Origin: a bacterium | GTDB lineage: Bacteria > Fidelibacterota > Fidelibacteria > Fidelibacterales > Fidelibacteraceae | Assembly: GCA_963676395.1 (NCBI GenBank) | Contig: OY781066.1 | Span: 480,001-544,000, forward strand | Direction: 5' to 3' | DNA: 64,000 bases | In this document: in pieces, positions 11,463 to 21,003 of the stretch | Numbering within the stretch: position 1 is the first letter of the stretch | Layout of the letters: each line of letters begins with the position of its first letter | Position numbers and translations under genes: made by a program | The notes under the pieces: generated by a model | What the model was told of the DNA's origin: nothing | Databases searched by the model: none | Seen by the model: the letters and a program-made list of their open reading frames with translations, nothing else

Positions 11463-14400
11463 TTATACCAAATCCATTTCAATACCCAGACCCTCAAGTT
11501 CCTTCAAGAGAACGTTGAATGATTCGGGTGTTCCGTATTCGGGAAGGTTTTCACCTTTCACGATCGCGTTGTAAATTCGCGTTCTACCGTCAACATCATC
11601 GGATTTGACTGTCAGAACTTCCTGAAGTGTATGCGCGGCACCGTATGCTTCAAGAGCCCAAACCTCCATTTCTCCAAATCTCTGCCCACCAAACTGTGCT
11701 TTACCACCGAGAGGCTGCTGAGTAATCAGAGAATAAGGTCCGGTTGAACGGGCATGCATCTTATCTTCGATCATGTGTGACAATTTCATCATGTATATCT
11801 GGCCACAGGCAACAGGATTATCAATCTTGTTACCGCTGCGTCCATCATACAATGTTTCTTTACCGTTAGCTGGTAAGCCAGCCTCTGTCATCAATTTAGA
11901 GATATCATCGTAAGATGCACCGTCAAATACAGGTGTTTCAAAATGAACACCCAATTCTTTTCCGGCCCAACCCAGCATTGTCTCATAAAGCTGACCAAGG
12001 TTCATACGAGAAGGCACACCCAGAGGATTCAATACGATATCAACGGGAGTTCCATCAGGCAAGAATGGCATATCTTCTTCAGGTACGATAATTGAAACCA
12101 CACCTTTGTTACCGTGGCGACCGGCCATTTTATCACCCACAGAGATCTTTCGCTTACTAGCAATATAAACCTTAGCAAGTTTCAAAACACCCGGTTGCAT
12201 GTCATCACCGGCACGAACTTTAAATTGTTCGTTCTGAACATCTTCTTTGATCTCATCATCGATCTTCTGGAAGTTTTCAACCAGTTTCAAAACGCGTGCA
12301 TACACTTCTTCATCGTTAACCCATGCTTTTTCGAGATCAATCTCGTCAAAGTCAACAGTTTCGAAAAATTCCCAGTTCCATGTCTTGCGTTTTGCATGAA
12401 CAGCATTGCCACCTTTGTTATAAATACCTTCGCAGGCTTGGCCTTCAAGAAGGTTCTGTAACTTAGCGATAAATTTATTGCGATGAATGATGAGTCTTTC
12501 AGCCAACTGTTTTGCAAGCTTTTCGAGTTTCTCTTTTTCATCGCGACGTGATTCTTTACCCTTGCGTTCAAACAAACGAGTATCGATAACCACACCATTG
12601 GTTGATGGGTCAGCTCGTTTTGAAGCATCCTTAACGTCGCCGGCCTTTTCACCAAAGATCGCCCTAAGAAGTTTTTCTTCGGGTGTAGGATCGGTTTCAC
12701 CTTTCGGTGTTACCTTACCAATGATGATATCGCCATGAGTAACGGGAGCACCGATACGAACGATACCGTTTTCATCAATATTTCTTGTAGCTTCTTCGGA
12801 AACGTTGGGGATTTCACGGGTCAATTCTTCAGAACCGCGTTTTGTATCACGGACTTCGAGTTCAACTTCTTTCACATGAACAGAGGTTAAAATATCTTCT
12901 TTAACCAATCGTTCATTAAGAATGATAGCATCCTCGTAGTTATATCCGCGCCAAGGCATAAATGCAACCAATACGTTACGGCCAAGTGCCAATTCACCCT
13001 GGTCGGTTGATGTACCGTCAGCAATGGGTTCGCCGGCTTTGACCTTTTGGTTCTTCCGAACGATAGGACGTTGGTTGATCGATGTATCTTGGTTTGTTCT
13101 TTGAAATTTCTTCAAATTAAAGACCACACGGCCTTCATTTTCATCCAATGAAACGTCAGCATCGAAATCTTCCAGCGGACGAAGCACGATCTTTCGTGCA
13201 TCCACATATTCGACAATGGCGTTAATGGGTGATGTGACAACGGCACGAGAATCGCGAGCTGCATCAGGTTCCATACCTGTACCGACGATCGGGGCCTTCG
13301 GTGTTAGCAGCGGAACTGACTGACGTTGCATATTTGAACCCATCAATGCACGGTTGGCATCATCGTGTTCCAAGAATGGGATCAAAGCCGCAGCGGCTGA
13401 AACCATTTGGATCGGCGAAACGTCCATGTAGTTGACATTTTCAGGAGATGAAATTGGATAATCAGCCTGATGACGACATTTAACATGGTCTAACTGGAAT
13501 TCATTTTTGTCTGTCAGTAACGCATTGGCCTGTGCGATCGTGTTACGATCTTCATCATCGGCAGATAGGTATTCTACGGATGCCGATACGCGTGTACCGT
13601 TTTTATTGTGGTTGACCTTCCTATATGGTGTTTCGATGAAACCCAAACGGTTGACGACTGCATAGTTCGCCAATGAAGAGATCAAACCAATATTGGGACC
13701 TTCAGGGGTTTCAATCGGACAGAGACGGCCATAATGAGTATAATGCACATCTCGAACCTCAAAACCTGCACGTTCACGAGTCAAACCTCCCGGACCTAGA
13801 GCTGACAAACGACGTTTGTGAGTCAATTCGGCCAAAGGATTCGTTTGGTCCATAAACTGTGACATCTGTGAGGTACCAAAGAAAGTATTGATCACTGAGG
13901 TAAGAATACGAGAGTTGATCAATTCCTGAGGTGTTAGATTTTCCGCATTGTGAATGTTCATACGATCTTTAATAGTACGAGACATACGAGTAAAAGCCAA
14001 TGAGAACTGGTTAGCCAGCTGTTCACCAACAGTTTTAACGCGACGGTTACCCAAATGATCGATATCATCAGACGCCTTTTCACCTCGACGCATCGAGATA
14101 AGCTGTTCGACAATCATCACAAAATCTTCAGGTGCAATCACGGTATTTTCAAGCGGAAGATCCAGATTGAATTTTTTATTCATGCGATAACGACCGACCT
14201 GACCCAGATCATATTTCTTAGGTGAGAAGAAAAGTTTCTCAAAGAATTTCTGAGCAGTGTCAACATTGGGCGGCTCGCCATTTCGCAAGTTACGATATAG
14301 ATAGATCAATGCTTCATCGGCTGTCGGTTCGCGTTCTTCTTCATCAGAGATACCGATCTTATCGCGTTCACGACGAATAGAATTAGCAAGAAGTTTAAAA

Positions 14401-15278
14401 TCCACTTCGCGGTCGAGATCTACAACTTCTAGATTCTTAACCTTAGCTTTCTTTAGCTCTCCGATCAGCTTTTCATCAAGAATGATCTGTTGATCTTCAG
14501 ACGTCCCCGCATTTAAAATGACTTCGCCACTTTTATTATCGATAATAGGAGTAACGACCATGCGTCCTTCCAGGTCACCGGTAATGGGAAGAGTTTCCAA
14601 TACTTTGAATTGCTGAAGAATATCATAATTTGTTTCAAAACCGATAGCGCGCAAGAAAATCGAAACCGGAAATTTTTTCCGGCGATCGATCGTTACATAG
14701 ATCGCATCGAAAATATCGGTGGTAAGGTCAACCCATGAACCACGCATCGGGATAATACGAGCGTTATATAATACGGTTCCGTTGGGATGCCGGGCATCAT
14801 TAAAAAACACACCGGGTGAACGCTGTAGCTGAGATACAATAATACGTTCGGCGCCGTTAATGATAAAAGTACCGCGTGGGGTCATATAAGGGATATTACC
14901 AAAGAATACATCTTGTTCAACCGTATCGGCAAGAGCCGGATTGTCAGAATCTTCTTCAGCAACCTTAAGCACCAATTTTGCCTTTAAAGGCACTGAATAG
15001 GTAATGCCTCGTTCGACACATTCCTGTTCTTCGTAACGAGGTTTTCCGATCGTATAATACTTATATTCTAAAACGAATGTATCGTGATTATCTTCGATCG
15101 GAAAGATGGTACGGAATACATTTTCAAGACCTAAGTCCTGACGATTTCTTGGACGCACGCGGGTTTGAAGAAAATCTTCAAACGAGCTTAACTGAACATC
15201 CAAAAGATCCGGGGTATCAAGAACTTGCTTGATCTTGGAAAAAGATGTCCGTTTGATCTTTCTTTTGATACTAGCCAA
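11463..15278 (-). CDS. rpoB: DNA-directed RNA polymerase subunit beta (TTG start)
   Basis: SQFMDQTNPL...THKRRLSALGPGG, GDKMAGRHGNKG, GGQRFGEME. Confidence 0.99.
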   Translation of the reverse strand: MASIKRKIKRTSFSKIKQVLDTPDLLDVQLSSFEDFLQTRVRPRNRQDLGLENVFRTIFPIEDNHDTFVLEYKYYTIGKPRYEEQECVERGITYSVPLKAKLVLKVAEEDSDNPALADTVEQDVFFGNIPYMTPRGTFIINGAERIIVSQLQRSPGVFFNDARHPNGTVLYNARIIPMRGSWVDLTTDIFDAIYVTIDRRKKFPVSIFLRAIGFETNYDILQQFKVLETLPITGDLEGRMVVTPIIDNKSGEVILNAGTSEDQQIILDEKLIGELKKAKVKNLEVVDLDREVDFKLLANSIRRERDKIGISDEEEREPTADEALIYLYRNLRNGEPPNVDTAQKFFEKLFFSPKKYDLGQVGRYRMNKKFNLDLPLENTVIAPEDFVMIVEQLISMRRGEKASDDIDHLGNRRVKTVGEQLANQFSLAFTRMSRTIKDRMNIHNAENLTPQELINSRILTSVINTFFGTSQMSQFMDQTNPLAELTHKRRLSALGPGGLTRERAGFEVRDVHYTHYGRLCPIETPEGPNIGLISSLANYAVVNRLGFIETPYRKVNHNKNGTRVSASVEYLSADDEDRNTIAQANALLTDKNEFQLDHVKCRHQADYPISSPENVNYMDVSPIQMVSAAAALIPFLEHDDANRALMGSNMQRQSVPLLTPKAPIVGTGMEPDAARDSRAVVTSPINAIVEYVDARKIVLRPLEDFDADVSLDENEGRVVFNLKKFQRTNQDTSINQRPIVRKNQKVKAGEPIADGTSTDQGELALGRNVLVAFMPWRGYNYEDAIILNERLVKEDILTSVHVKEVELEVRDTKRGSEELTREIPNVSEEATRNIDENGIVRIGAPVTHGDIIIGKVTPKGETDPTPEEKLLRAIFGEKAGDVKDASKRADPSTNGVVIDTRLFERKGKESRRDEKEKLEKLAKQLAERLIIHRNKFIAKLQNLLEGQACEGIYNKGGNAVHAKRKTWNWEFFETVDFDEIDLEKAWVNDEEVYARVLKLVENFQKIDDEIKEDVQNEQFKVRAGDDMQPGVLKLAKVYIASKRKISVGDKMAGRHGNKGVVSIIVPEEDMPFLPDGTPVDIVLNPLGVPSRMNLGQLYETMLGWAGKELGVHFETPVFDGASYDDISKLMTEAGLPANGKETLYDGRSGNKIDNPVACGQIYMMKLSHMIEDKMHARSTGPYSLITQQPLGGKAQFGGQRFGEMEVWALEAYGAAHTLQEVLTVKSDDVDGRTRIYNAIVKGENLPEYGTPESFNVLLKELEGLGIEMDLV

Positions 15279-15306
15279 GAGATTGTCCTCCCTTGTTATT
15301 TAAATT

Positions 15307-15340
15307 AAAACAAAGAGAGCCATCGCGTAGGTGACGGCTC
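15307..15340 (-). terminator. Attenuator-like hairpin between rplL and rpoB
   Basis: Minus: GAGCCGTCAC-CTAC-GCGATGGCTC-TCTTTGTTTT (imperfect stem); same position as the known rplL-rpoB attenuator of E. coli. Confidence 0.6.
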
Positions 15341-15374
15341 ATTTTGAACTCACTGAGCGTTACCTGTACAACCA

Positions 15375-15755
15375 TTACTTAAGTTCTACAGTAGCTCCGA
15401 CTTCTTCTAATTTTGTTTTAATTTCTTCTGCACTGTCTTTAGGCAATTGCTCTTTAACAGCTACAGGAGCGCTTTCAACCAATTCTTTGGCTTCTTTTAG
15501 GCCTAAACCGGTCAATTCGCGAACAACTTTAATGACGTTGATCTTCTTTTCGCCAAAGCTCTGAAGCATCACATCAAATTCAGTTTTTTCTTCTTCAGCG
15601 GCAGCAACGGGTGCAGCACCGGCAGCAGCTACAGCTACGGGAGCGGCGGCTGTTACACCAAATTTTTCTTCGATCTCTTTAATGAGTTCTGAGATTTCCA
15701 GCATGTTTGCTGTTTCCAAGTATGCTAATACATCGGCACGTTTGATATCGGCCAT
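15375..15755 (-). CDS. rplL: 50S ribosomal protein L7/L12
   Basis: [10 protein letters not shown] hinge, [24 protein letters not shown]. Confidence 0.99.
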   Translation of the reverse strand: MADIKRADVLAYLETANMLEISELIKEIEEKFGVTAAAPVAVAAAGAAPVAAAEEEKTEFDVMLQSFGEKKINVIKVVRELTGLGLKEAKELVESAPVAVKEQLPKDSAEEIKTKLEEVGATVELK

Positions 15756-15791
15756 GATAATCCTCCTTTAATTTCTGAGGGTTTTTTTATG

Positions 15792-16319
15792 TTATTGTTT
15801 TGTTTCTTCTAATGATTTCAATAGACCCTGTACATCACGCATAGGTGATTGCAAGCAACCAAGAACCTTCTGCATCGGTGATTGAAGAGCTCCAAGCAAC
15901 ATAGAAAGAAGTACTTCTTTTGAAGGTAGGTCAGCAATCTGATCAACCTTACTTTTGTCGCATAGTTCGCCCTGAAAGATCAATGCCTTAACATCAGGTT
16001 TTTTAAGATCCTTCATTTTCTTTTTGTAATCTTGCAGGATCTTAGCGGGTGCTACGGGATCTTCACCATAAACAAGAGCGGTTGAGCCGGTGAGGAAATC
16101 TTCTTTCTTCACTTCTTCATAACCTAAGTCTTGCAATGCTCGCAGGATAAGAGTGTTCTTAACAACCTGCATCTTGACATCTTTTTCAAAGAGTTCCGAA
16201 CGGAGCTCATTTACTTCTGCCACAGTAAGGCCAAGATAATCTGAAAAGTAAACAGCACCTGCTGCTTGAATCTTTTCTGTTATTTCTTTAACCTGTTCAA
16301 TTTTTTTCGGGGTTGGCAT
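15792..16319 (-). CDS. rplJ: 50S ribosomal protein L10
   Basis: DYLGLTV, VVKNTL, LPSKEVL; ATG at 16319 fits AGGAGG spacing better than GTG at 16325. Confidence 0.95.
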   Translation of the reverse strand: MPTPKKIEQVKEITEKIQAAGAVYFSDYLGLTVAEVNELRSELFEKDVKMQVVKNTLILRALQDLGYEEVKKEDFLTGSTALVYGEDPVAPAKILQDYKKKMKDLKKPDVKALIFQGELCDKSKVDQIADLPSKEVLLSMLLGALQSPMQKVLGCLQSPMRDVQGLLKSLEETKQ

Positions 16320-16332
16320 ATTCACAAACCTC

Positions 16333-17025
16333 CTAAGCTAATGCAGATTGTTTATCAATTTTAACACCAGGGCCCTGTGTTGAGGAAAGGGTAATCTTTT
16401 TAAGATAAGTACCTTTCAAGGCCGTGGGTTTTAATTTCATTACCGTACTCATCATCCCTTTTACATTTTCTTCAAGCTGTTCAACTGAAAAAGATGCTTT
16501 ACCAACTAAAACATGGAGTATTCCATATTTGTCAACACGGAAAGAGATCTTACCGGCTTTGGCTTCATTTACCGCCTGAGCAACATCTTGTGTTACCGTA
16601 CCTGTTTTAGGATTAGGCATTAAACCACGTGTACCTAAGGCACGACCCAGTTTTCCAACGTGACGCATCACATCGGGTGTTGCTATACAGACATCAAAAT
16701 CAAACCAACCACCTTCGATTTGTTTGACATATTCTTCCAAACCCGCATAATCTGCACCGGCTTCTTCTGCTTCTTTTACTTTCTCACCTTGAGTTAGTAC
16801 AAGAACACGAACTTTCTTACCGGTTCCATGAGGGAGAATGACTGTACCACGAATATTTTGATCAGCATATCGAGGATCAACACCAAGATTTAGTGTCAAT
16901 TCAACTGATTCGTCGAACTTGGCGTTAGCAGCTTGTTTTATCAAACTTACACCGTCGGCAAGAGCGTATTCACGTGTCTTGTCAACCAGTCCCTCATTTG
17001 CCGAATATCGCTTACTATGATTCAT
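16333..17025 (-). CDS. rplA: 50S ribosomal protein L1
   Basis: KFDESVE, LPHGTGK, LGTRGLMPNPKTGTVT; start at MNHSKRY with GGAGG RBS. Confidence 0.97.
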   Translation of the reverse strand: MNHSKRYSANEGLVDKTREYALADGVSLIKQAANAKFDESVELTLNLGVDPRYADQNIRGTVILPHGTGKKVRVLVLTQGEKVKEAEEAGADYAGLEEYVKQIEGGWFDFDVCIATPDVMRHVGKLGRALGTRGLMPNPKTGTVTQDVAQAVNEAKAGKISFRVDKYGILHVLVGKASFSVEQLEENVKGMMSTVMKLKPTALKGTYLKKITLSSTQGPGVKIDKQSALA

Positions 17026-17041
17026 TAATTCTTGCCTCCAG

Positions 17042-17467
17042 TTAACCTTCAACCTTTAATCCCATGCTTCGAGCGGTTCCTGCAATCATTCGCGCGGCCT
17101 GTTCGATGGTATGGGCGTTTAAATCTTTCATTTTCAACTTGGCAATTTCTTCAAGATCGGCCTGTGTTACCGTACCAACTTTTTCTTTATTCGATACGCC
17201 AGAACCTTTTTCGATCTTTGCTGCTTTTTTAAGCAAAACGGCTGCAGGGGGTGTCTTTGTAACAAATGTAAAGGACCTATCTGCATATACCGTGATCACT
17301 ACCGGAATGATCAAGCCCATTTGATCTTGGGTCTTAGCATTATAAGCTTTACAGAATTCCATAATATTCACACCGTGCTGACCGAGTGCCGGACCGACGG
17401 GAGGTGACGGGTTTGCCTTACCCGCAGGAAGCTGTAGTTTGATCAATGCTTCTACTTTTTTTGCCAT
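17042..17467 (-). CDS. rplK: 50S ribosomal protein L11
   Basis: [34 protein letters not shown]. Confidence 0.99.
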   Translation of the reverse strand: MAKKVEALIKLQLPAGKANPSPPVGPALGQHGVNIMEFCKAYNAKTQDQMGLIIPVVITVYADRSFTFVTKTPPAAVLLKKAAKIEKGSGVSNKEKVGTVTQADLEEIAKLKMKDLNAHTIEQAARMIAGTARSMGLKVEG

Positions 17468-17500
17468 ACTACTTTTACCATTTTTTTGGTTTTATCGTTC

Positions 17501-18028
17501 TTATTTCTCTTTTTCTACTTGAAGGTAGTCCAATTCAACCGGCGTTGAACGCCCGAAAATACTGACCATTACCTTCAACTTGCGCTTTTCTTCATTAACT
17601 TCTTCGACTACACCGGAAAAATCAACAAAGGGACCGTCAACCACCTTAACAGGTTCACCTACATTAAAAGGTGTCGCCATCACTTCGCGTCCGTCTTTCT
17701 TTTCAACTTCGCCAAGAATTCTTGCGACTTCTTTCTCTGTAAGAACCTGGGGAACACCCTTCGAACCGACGAAACTAATTACGCCGGAGATGTTCTCAAC
17801 AAAATATTTGGTTTCCGCAGACACATCCATCTTAATCATAATGTAACCGGGGTAGAAAACCTTTACCCGGGTACGTTTTTTCCCGTCTCGCATTTCCACT
17901 ACGTTTTCAGTGGGAACCAAGACGTTTTCGATGGATTCAGCAAATCCGCAAGCTTCAGCTTCGAACATAATGCGTTCTGCAACCGCTCTTTCTTTTCCGG
18001 ACAATGCTTTCAGGGTATACCATTTCAT
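17501..18028 (-). CDS. nusG: Transcription termination/antitermination factor NusG
   Basis: WY...SGKE, YPGYIM, KOW VKVVDGPF, VSIFGRSTPVEL. Confidence 0.98.
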   Translation of the reverse strand: MKWYTLKALSGKERAVAERIMFEAEACGFAESIENVLVPTENVVEMRDGKKRTRVKVFYPGYIMIKMDVSAETKYFVENISGVISFVGSKGVPQVLTEKEVARILGEVEKKDGREVMATPFNVGEPVKVVDGPFVDFSGVVEEVNEEKRKLKVMVSIFGRSTPVELDYLQVEKEK

Positions 18029-18032
18029 TGTA

Positions 18033-18230
18033 TTACATCCATTCGATTAATTTTGCGACGAGGGTACCAACACCCATGTCAACGATTGCGATGAACAGAG
18101 TGATAAGGATCGAAAAGATCAAAACCACACCCGTTGAGGATCTCAATTCATCCCAAGAAGGCCAATTTACCTTCTTCATTTCATAGCGAACTCCGCTAAA
18201 AAACTCTTTTATTCTGTCAAACAATTTCAT
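18033..18230 (-). CDS. secE: Preprotein translocase subunit SecE
   Basis: EMKKVNWPSWDEL plus one TM helix; between tRNA-Trp and nusG. Confidence 0.96.
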   Translation of the reverse strand: MKLFDRIKEFFSGVRYEMKKVNWPSWDELRSSTGVVLIFSILITLFIAIVDMGVGTLVAKLIEWM

Positions 18231-18252
18231 TCTTTTGTCCTCGTTTGTCTTG

Positions 18253-18325
18253 CAGGCCAGGAGGGATTCGAACCCCCAACTTGCGGTTTTGGAGACCGCT
18301 GCTCTGCCAGTTGAACTACTGGCCT
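18253..18325 (-). tRNA. tRNA-Trp (CCA)
   Basis: Cloverleaf AGGCCAG...GCGGT-CTCCAAA-ACCGC...GTTCGAATC...CTGGCCT-G; 3' CCA not encoded. Confidence 0.97.
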
Positions 18326-18334
18326 GACACTATT

Positions 18335-18499
18335 TTAGCGTGTTTCTTTATGATTTGTATGCTTTTGGCACCACGGGCAGTACTTTTTATATTCCACGCG
18401 TTGAGGATGTAAGCGTTTATTCTTTGTCGTAGTATAATTACGACGTTTACATTCCTCGCATGCCAAAATGATGTTATTGCGTATTTTTTGTCCTGCCAT
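18335..18499 (-). CDS. rpmG: 50S ribosomal protein L33, Zn-binding C+ form (54 aa; not in ORF track)
   Basis: Manual translation [54 protein letters not shown]; CxxC...CxxC; canonical tuf-rpmG-trpT-secE position. Confidence 0.97.
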   Translation of the reverse strand: MAGQKIRNNIILACEECKRRNYTTTKNKRLHPQRVEYKKYCPWCQKHTNHKETR

Positions 18500-18521
18500 T
18501 GTACTCTAGCCTTTAATCTTA

Positions 18522-19715
18522 TTATTCAATAATTTTTGTTACAACACCGGCACCAACTGTACGACCACCTTCACGAATGGCGAAGCGTAGTTCTTCTTCC
18601 ATTGCGATTGGTACGATAAGTTCTACATCAGCTTCAATATTATCGCCGGGCATTACCATCTCTACACCGTCAGGTAACTTAATTGAACCTGTCACGTCTG
18701 TTGTACGGAAGTAGAACTGTGGGCGATATCCATCCATAAATGGAGTGTGACGTCCGCCTTCTTCTTTCTTCAATACGTAGAATTTGGCTTTGAATTTTTT
18801 GTGAGGAGTTATTGATTTAGGTGCTGCGACAACCATTCCGCGACGCAACCATTCTTTATCAATACCACGAAGCAATAAACCAGCATTGTCACCGGCTTCT
18901 CCGCGATCTAACAGCTTACGGAACATTTCCACTCCCGTACATACTGTCTTCTTACCTTCTTCGTCGATACCTACGATCTCTACTTCATCACCTACCGTGA
19001 TAACTCCACGTTCGATTCTTCCGGTTCCTACGGTACCGCGACCTGTAATTGAAAATACATCTTCAACAGGCATCAAGAATGGTTTGTCGATGGCACGTTC
19101 CGGTTCTGCAATATATGAATCTACAGCTTCCATCAATTCTATAATGCTTTTTGTCTTTTCTGCATCATCAGGATTGTTCAAGGCTTCCAAAGCTGAACCT
19201 TTAATGATTGGAATGTCATCACCGGGGAAATCATATTCGCTCAACAATTCGCGTAGTTCCATTTCTACCAGTTCCAACAACTCAGGATCATCAACCATAT
19301 CTACTTTGTTCATATAAACAACGATATAAGGTACGTTAACCTGATGTGCCAATAGAACGTGTTCACGTGTCTGTGGCATAGGACCGTCTGCAGCTGATAC
19401 TACCAAAATCGCACCATCCATCTGGGCTGCTCCGGTGATCATATTTTTAATATAATCGGCATGTCCCGGACAATCAACGTGGGCATAGTGTCTGCTCTCT
19501 GTTTCGTATTCAACGTGAGCGGTGGCAATTGTGATACCACGTTCGCGTTCTTCAGGTGCATTATCAATACTGTCAAAAGAACGAACTTCAGCGCCGCCAG
19601 CTTTTGCCAATACTGTTGTAATTGCAGCTGTCAATGTTGTTTTACCATGATCCACGTGACCTATCGTTCCGACGTTCACGTGGGGTTTAGTACGTTCAAA
19701 TTTTTCTTTAGCCAT
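18522..19715 (-). CDS. tuf: Elongation factor Tu (tRNA-operon copy)
   Basis: Same EF-Tu motifs; preceded by Thr-Tyr-Gly-Thr tRNAs. Confidence 0.99.
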   Translation of the reverse strand: MAKEKFERTKPHVNVGTIGHVDHGKTTLTAAITTVLAKAGGAEVRSFDSIDNAPEERERGITIATAHVEYETESRHYAHVDCPGHADYIKNMITGAAQMDGAILVVSAADGPMPQTREHVLLAHQVNVPYIVVYMNKVDMVDDPELLELVEMELRELLSEYDFPGDDIPIIKGSALEALNNPDDAEKTKSIIELMEAVDSYIAEPERAIDKPFLMPVEDVFSITGRGTVGTGRIERGVITVGDEVEIVGIDEEGKKTVCTGVEMFRKLLDRGEAGDNAGLLLRGIDKEWLRRGMVVAAPKSITPHKKFKAKFYVLKKEEGGRHTPFMDGYRPQFYFRTTDVTGSIKLPDGVEMVMPGDNIEADVELIVPIAMEEELRFAIREGGRTVGAGVVTKIIE

Positions 19716-19761
19716 CGTAGTATTCTCCTATAGAGTTTTACTTTAACTTAATTTTCAATTG

Positions 19762-19835
19762 AGCCCTTGACCGGATTTGAACCGGTGACCTCATCCTTAC
19801 CAAGGATGCGCGACTACCGACTGTGCTACAAGGGC
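19762..19835 (-). tRNA. tRNA-Thr (GGT)
   Basis: GCCCTTG...CATCC-TTGGTAA-GGATG...GGTTCAAATCC...CAAGGGC-T. Confidence 0.95.
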
Positions 19836-19837
19836 AT

Positions 19838-19876
19838 AAAAAAAGCCCATAACCGAAAACATGCGATTACAGGCTT
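19838..19876 (-). terminator. Intrinsic terminator-like hairpin inside the tRNA operon (candidate attenuator)
   Basis: Minus: AAGCCTGTAATCG-CATGTTTT-CGGTTATGGGCTT-TTTTT; 13-bp stem with G-U pairs, ending 2 nt before tRNA-Thr(GGT). Confidence 0.65.
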
Positions 19877-19956
19877 AATTAGCTTGCGGCGTGTTTTCTG
19901 GTGCATACGAGCTTTACATTTACAAAGCTCTCCCAGGTCTCTGCCAAAATTTCAAG

Positions 19957-20027
19957 AGCGAGTGATGAGAATCGAACTCACATAGTCAGCTTGGAAGGCT
20001 GATGTTCTACCATTGAACTACACTCGC
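19957..20027 (-). tRNA. tRNA-Gly (TCC)
   Basis: GCGAGTG...TCAGC-CTTCCAA-GCTGA...GTTCGATTC...CACTCGC-T. Confidence 0.96.
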
Positions 20028-20068
20028 GGCACGAGTGCCAAGTTCATATGATCTCAACACACGCAATG

Positions 20069-20151
20069 TGGGCCAGGATGGATTTGAACCACCGTAGACT
20101 TCCGTCGTCAGATTTACAGTCTGATGCCATTGACCACTCGGCCACTGACCC
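20069..20151 (-). tRNA. tRNA-Tyr (GTA)
   Basis: GGGTCAG...TCAGA-CTGTAAA-TCTGA, long variable arm, GGTTCAAATCC, CTGGCCC-A. Confidence 0.96.
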
Positions 20152-20165
20152 ATTTTATTGTGCGG

Positions 20166-20238
20166 AGCCTCTAGCCGGAGTCGAACCAGCGACCAACGGT
20201 TTACAAAACCGTCGCTCTACCATCTGAGCTATAGAGGC
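20166..20238 (-). tRNA. tRNA-Thr (TGT)
   Basis: GCCTCTA...ACGGT-TTTGTAA-ACCGT...GGTTCGACTCC...TAGAGGC-T. Confidence 0.96.
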
Positions 20239-20259
20239 TTGTGTTTCAAAAAGCCAAGA

Positions 20260-20287
20260 AATATAAGAAATAATTCGAGATGTGCAA
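20260..20287 (-). promoter_or_regulatory. Putative sigma70 promoter of the tRNA-tuf operon
   Basis: Minus TTGCAC-16 nt-TATATT about 21 nt upstream of tRNA-Thr(TGT), with AT-rich upstream region. Confidence 0.5.
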
Positions 20288-20553
20288 ATAGTTTATCGCA
20301 ATTTTTTAAATATTTTTTCATCAGACAAAGCTTTAAATATGATAGAATCACTAATAATATCTAATCCTTAGCGGTATACAAAAATATCCATTAATCCGAT
20401 CTGAATTTCGTGTTTGAATTTTGATTTATTACTTAATCAAAATTCTTCAATCAAGATCGAGATGCATCATTTATAACTCGATATTAAAATTTGCTTATTC
20501 AATTGTTCGATTGCAGTTTCCATCGTCCTCTCCTCCACTCTCCACTCATCTTC

Positions 20554-21003
20554 TCAATGTTCAACACTCATTTTCTTTCGCGCTAATGCATTCTCCCAGC
20601 GTCTCTTTTGATCTTCGCTTTCAGGTGTCAACTTAGGCACTTCAATAGGATTCCCTTTATCACACATGGCAACCATTGTAAAGTAACAGGAAATACTATG
20701 TCGTTTGGTATTGCTTTTAAGGTCTTCGGCAATCACTTTTATACCAACCTCCATAGATGTTCTACCGGTATAATTAACCGAAGCATAAAATGTAACAAGC
20801 TCGCCAACATTTATGGGTTTTTTAAATAGTACCTTATCAACACTTAGAGTTACTACATAACATCCGGCATATCTGGCTGCACATGCGTAGGCAGTTTCGT
20901 CCATAAGTTTTAACATCTGACCTCCATGAACCTTTCCTGAGAAGTTCGTCATATCCGGGGTCATCAGCTTGGTCATTTCGAGCGTTGGTTTGCGATTGTT
21001 CAT
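20554..21003 (-). CDS. Acyl-CoA thioesterase (hotdog fold, YciA/BFIT-like)
   Basis: NFSGKVHGGQMLKLMDE, VTLSVDKVLFKKP, TGRTSMEVG, YFTMVA. Confidence 0.9.
   Translation of the reverse strand: MNNRKPTLEMTKLMTPDMTNFSGKVHGGQMLKLMDETAYACAARYAGCYVVTLSVDKVLFKKPINVGELVTFYASVNYTGRTSMEVGIKVIAEDLKSNTKRHSISCYFTMVAMCDKGNPIEVPKLTPESEDQKRRWENALARKKMSVEH

Noticed and set aside
16320..16332. L10 leader RNA upstream of rplJ
   Set aside because: Only 13 nt separate rplA and rplJ; no room for the leader
17..19985. Many plus-strand ORFs antisense to ribosomal, rpo, tuf and tRNA genes
   Set aside because: Shadow ORFs of highly conserved minus-strand genes; no RBS or recognisable motifs
20239..20553. Integrative element next to the tRNA cluster
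   Set aside because: AT-rich gap lies on the tRNA 5' side; no integrase and no duplicated tRNA 3' end seen
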